Assembly (NCBI RefSeq): GCF_009914755.1
Contig: NC_060931.1
Reading direction: 5' to 3' (one strand)
Origin: the human T2T-CHM13v2.0 reference genome, Homo sapiens
DNA length: 64,000 nt
Shown here one piece after another: positions 59,382-64,000 of the stretch; within the stretch, counting starts at the first letter, position 1; every line of letters starts with the position of its first letter. The translations under genes and the position numbers were made by a program. The notes beneath the pieces are model-generated. The model did no database searches and had not been told where the DNA came from. It saw only the letters and a list, made by a program, of their open reading frames with translations.

Positions 59382-60203
59382 TGGTAGACAGAAAAACACA
59401 GCCATGGTATTTTGAGGTTCCTCCTCTCAAGAAGGGAAGTCTATTTCCCAGTGTTTTCTCTGGACTGGCTTTGGGACTTCCTTTGACCAAGAGAAGATGG
59501 CAGATTTGACAGTGGGCAGGGCCCAGCACCCAGGCCTCAAGGTCTTGTCCCTCCCCTGTCCTGGAACCTGAGACCACCATGCCCTGGGCCAGCAACCTTG
59601 AAAATGAAATCCATTGTGTAAAGAAACCACACGGAAGAGTCCCTGAGGTCCCAGCTGCTGCAGCACCTCAGCCAAGGCCCCAGACGAACGCGTAAGTGAA
59701 GTCATCTGGGACGGGCTCAGCCCCCGGCTGGCCTTCCAGCTGAATATGACAACGTGGGTGAACCCAGACAAGAGCAGCACGTGAACCGCCAGCCAACTTG
59801 GAAATTTGGATGGTGAGACAACAGGCCATTGCTAGTTTTTTTTTTTTTTTTTTTTTTGAGACAGGGTTTCGCTCTTGTTGCCCAGGCTGGAGTGCAGTGG
59901 TGCGAATCTCAGCTCACCGCAACCTCCGCCTCCTGGGTTCAATCGATTCTCCTGCCTCAGCCTCCTGAGTGGCTGGGATTACAGGCATGCGCCGCCACGC
60001 CCAACTAATTTTGTTTTTTTAGTAGAAAAGGGGTTTCTCCATGTTAGGCTCATCTCAAACTCCCGACCTGAGGTGATCCGCCCGCCTTGGCCTCCCAAAG
60101 TGCTGGGATTACAGGCGTGAGCCACCGTGCCCAGCCAGGCCATTGCTGTTTTAAACCAATTCCTTTGAAGAAGTTTGTTATGCAGTAAGAAGTAACTGAT
60201 ACA
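59382..60203 (+). mobile_element. MLT1 (G/H-like) LTR with an Alu (59836-60135, - strand) inserted
   Basis: MaLR terminus gtttgttatgcagtaagaagtaactgataca; Alu TSD caggccattgct at 59822-59833 and 60136-60147. Confidence 0.7.
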
Positions 60204-60632
60204 TTTACAATGAACATAAGTGAAAAAAAGGAGTAAAGTTTTAAAACTTGGACTTAAAAACCAGAACAAAAAACATCCCACTAAATGCTCTTTAAAAGAG
60301 GCATATTTAAAACATACGAATACATAAAAGTTGGTAAAAGGGTAGAAAGTGACATACCAGACAAATTCTTACCAAAAAGTTGGTACCGCTATAAGAAAAA
60401 ATAGGCAAAAAAACTTTAAGAAAAATAGACTAAAGCTATGAGTCACTAGATAATGATATTTTGTTCAGTTATTCACAAAGTCAGAATTTATATGCATCTA
60501 ACAAAATAGTCTCAAAATATATAAAGCAAAAATTGACAGATGTACATGTAAAAATAAAATTTTTCCCAAAGGCAAAAAAAAAAAAATGTTGAAGATCTTA
60601 CCAACACAATAGCAAGCTTGATTTAATGGACA

Positions 60633-61580
<948 letters not shown>

Positions 61581-62157
61581 GACAAACTCAGTGGGATCAT
61601 GGCACCCAACAGGTGTGCAATATACATTCAAGCACATGTGAAAAAAGAAAATAAATTTCAAAGGATTGGTGTAGTGGAGATGAAGGTGCTTTGCTCAATC
61701 TCTGGAGGTGCCTTCAAGTAAAGCAGAGTTTAGAAAGCTCAAAATTACATCTCCAGATCCTCTTATTCTGCCAAACAGAGGCAGTGTACAGGATTCAAAA
61801 GAGAGCAGTGAAGCAGAAGTCCTCGTCCTGCCCTTTTACACAGGCTGCTGCTCAGCTGGCCCACAAAGATGTGAAAGGTGAGGATTTTCTGCAACAGCTT
61901 TCTATCTAGTGTTCGTTCTCTAGATTCCTAGGAATTGAGAGTTCATTCCAGCACTGTGGCCTCCTGATTCAGGTTCTGTGGACCCCATCACGGCTGAGGA
62001 TATGCACGGACCTCCATGGTTGCAGGAGTTGCCTAGCAGGCGAGAATTCCTCTGGTGACTCGATTTTGGAGAGCCAAGCCAGGGCCCACTCCTTTAGCCA
62101 ACCCATGGCTCCCCAATCAAATCATTCCTTCCTGCTCAAAATACTTAGAGTGCTCTA

Positions 62158-63285
<1,128 letters not shown>

Positions 63286-63399
63286 TATTTTAGAAAATAA
63301 TTTTGTTGAAAAATGATAAACTAAGCACTCACCTTTAAAAATTAGAGAAACAACTGCTTAAACCCAAAACAGAAAATAATACAGAAATCAATTATTAAA

Positions 63400-63990
63400 A
63401 TAAAATCAAGTAAAGCCACTTAGAAAAACAGTTTGGCAGTTCTTCAAAAAGTTAAAACAGTTTGCATTCCAGCAATTCCACTCTAGTTATATACCCCAAA
63501 AAGTAAAAACATATGTCCACACAAAAACCTGTACATGAATGTTCATAGCAACACTATTCACAAATAGCCCAAACAACCTAAATGTCCATCAACAGATGAA
63601 TGGATTTAAAAATATATGGTCTATATGTACAATGGAATGTGATTCAGCCATCAAAATGAAGTACTGGCACATGCTACAACACAGATGAACTGAGAACACG
63701 ATGCTAGGTGAAATGAGCCAGCCACAGAAGACCACATATTGTGATTCCATTTACAGAAAACATCCAGAGCAGGTCAAGAACAGACAAAACTAATTTGTGT
63801 TGATAGGAATCAAAACAGTGGGTAATCTGGGGAGGCAGAAAGTACTGCCTGAAGAAGGGCATATCAGAGCCTCCTGTGATGTTGCACATGGCTATTTCAA
63901 TTTAGGCAGTAGATGCACAAGGGTGTGTGTACATGACTACATGGAAAATAGCTTGAGTTCTAGGTACGCTCAACATTTGGGCGCTTTACT
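63400..63990 (+). mobile_element. L1M 3' end
   Basis: cagcaattccactctag...aaaacatatgtccacacaaaaacctgtacatgaatgttcatagca...atgtccatcaacagatgaatgg. Confidence 0.8.
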
Positions 63991-64000
63991 TATTGCCCTT

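Overview
Primate (almost certainly human) genomic DNA at the USP42 / CYTH3 locus (7p22 from my recall of the gene pair). The + strand carries the 3' part of USP42 (ubiquitin-specific protease 42): ten coding exons from 308 to 16833, then a non-coding last exon from 17931 to about 18940. The - strand carries CYTH3 (cytohesin-3/GRP1, an Arf GEF with coiled-coil, Sec7 and PH domains): exons 2-13 from 47909 down to about 19155, with exon 1 beyond the right edge. I checked all exon boundaries by hand for GT-AG and reading phase. The genes are tail-to-tail about 200 bp apart. Introns hold more than 45 Alu copies or fragments, old L1M pieces, a short L1PA 3' end with a perfect TSD, Tigger3b, MER58B, MLT1 LTRs, a Y3-RNA pseudogene and a ~360-bp CA/UG-rich tract. 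I see no new gene or new multi-gene system. The best signal the ORF track misses is the 3-nt GAG microexon of CYTH3 at 27454-27456, a known 2G/3G PH-domain lipid-specificity switch in cytohesins. Candidates for undescribed features are a 41-bp-arm fold-back hairpin in CYTH3 intron 5, a phase-symmetric 1440-nt USP42 exon flanked by inverted Alus whose circle would be stop-free, an L1-derived poly(A) signal just upstream of that exon, and a UG-repeat-flanked candidate cryptic exon. Repeat subfamily names and exon numbers come from memory of consensus sequences and are tentative.
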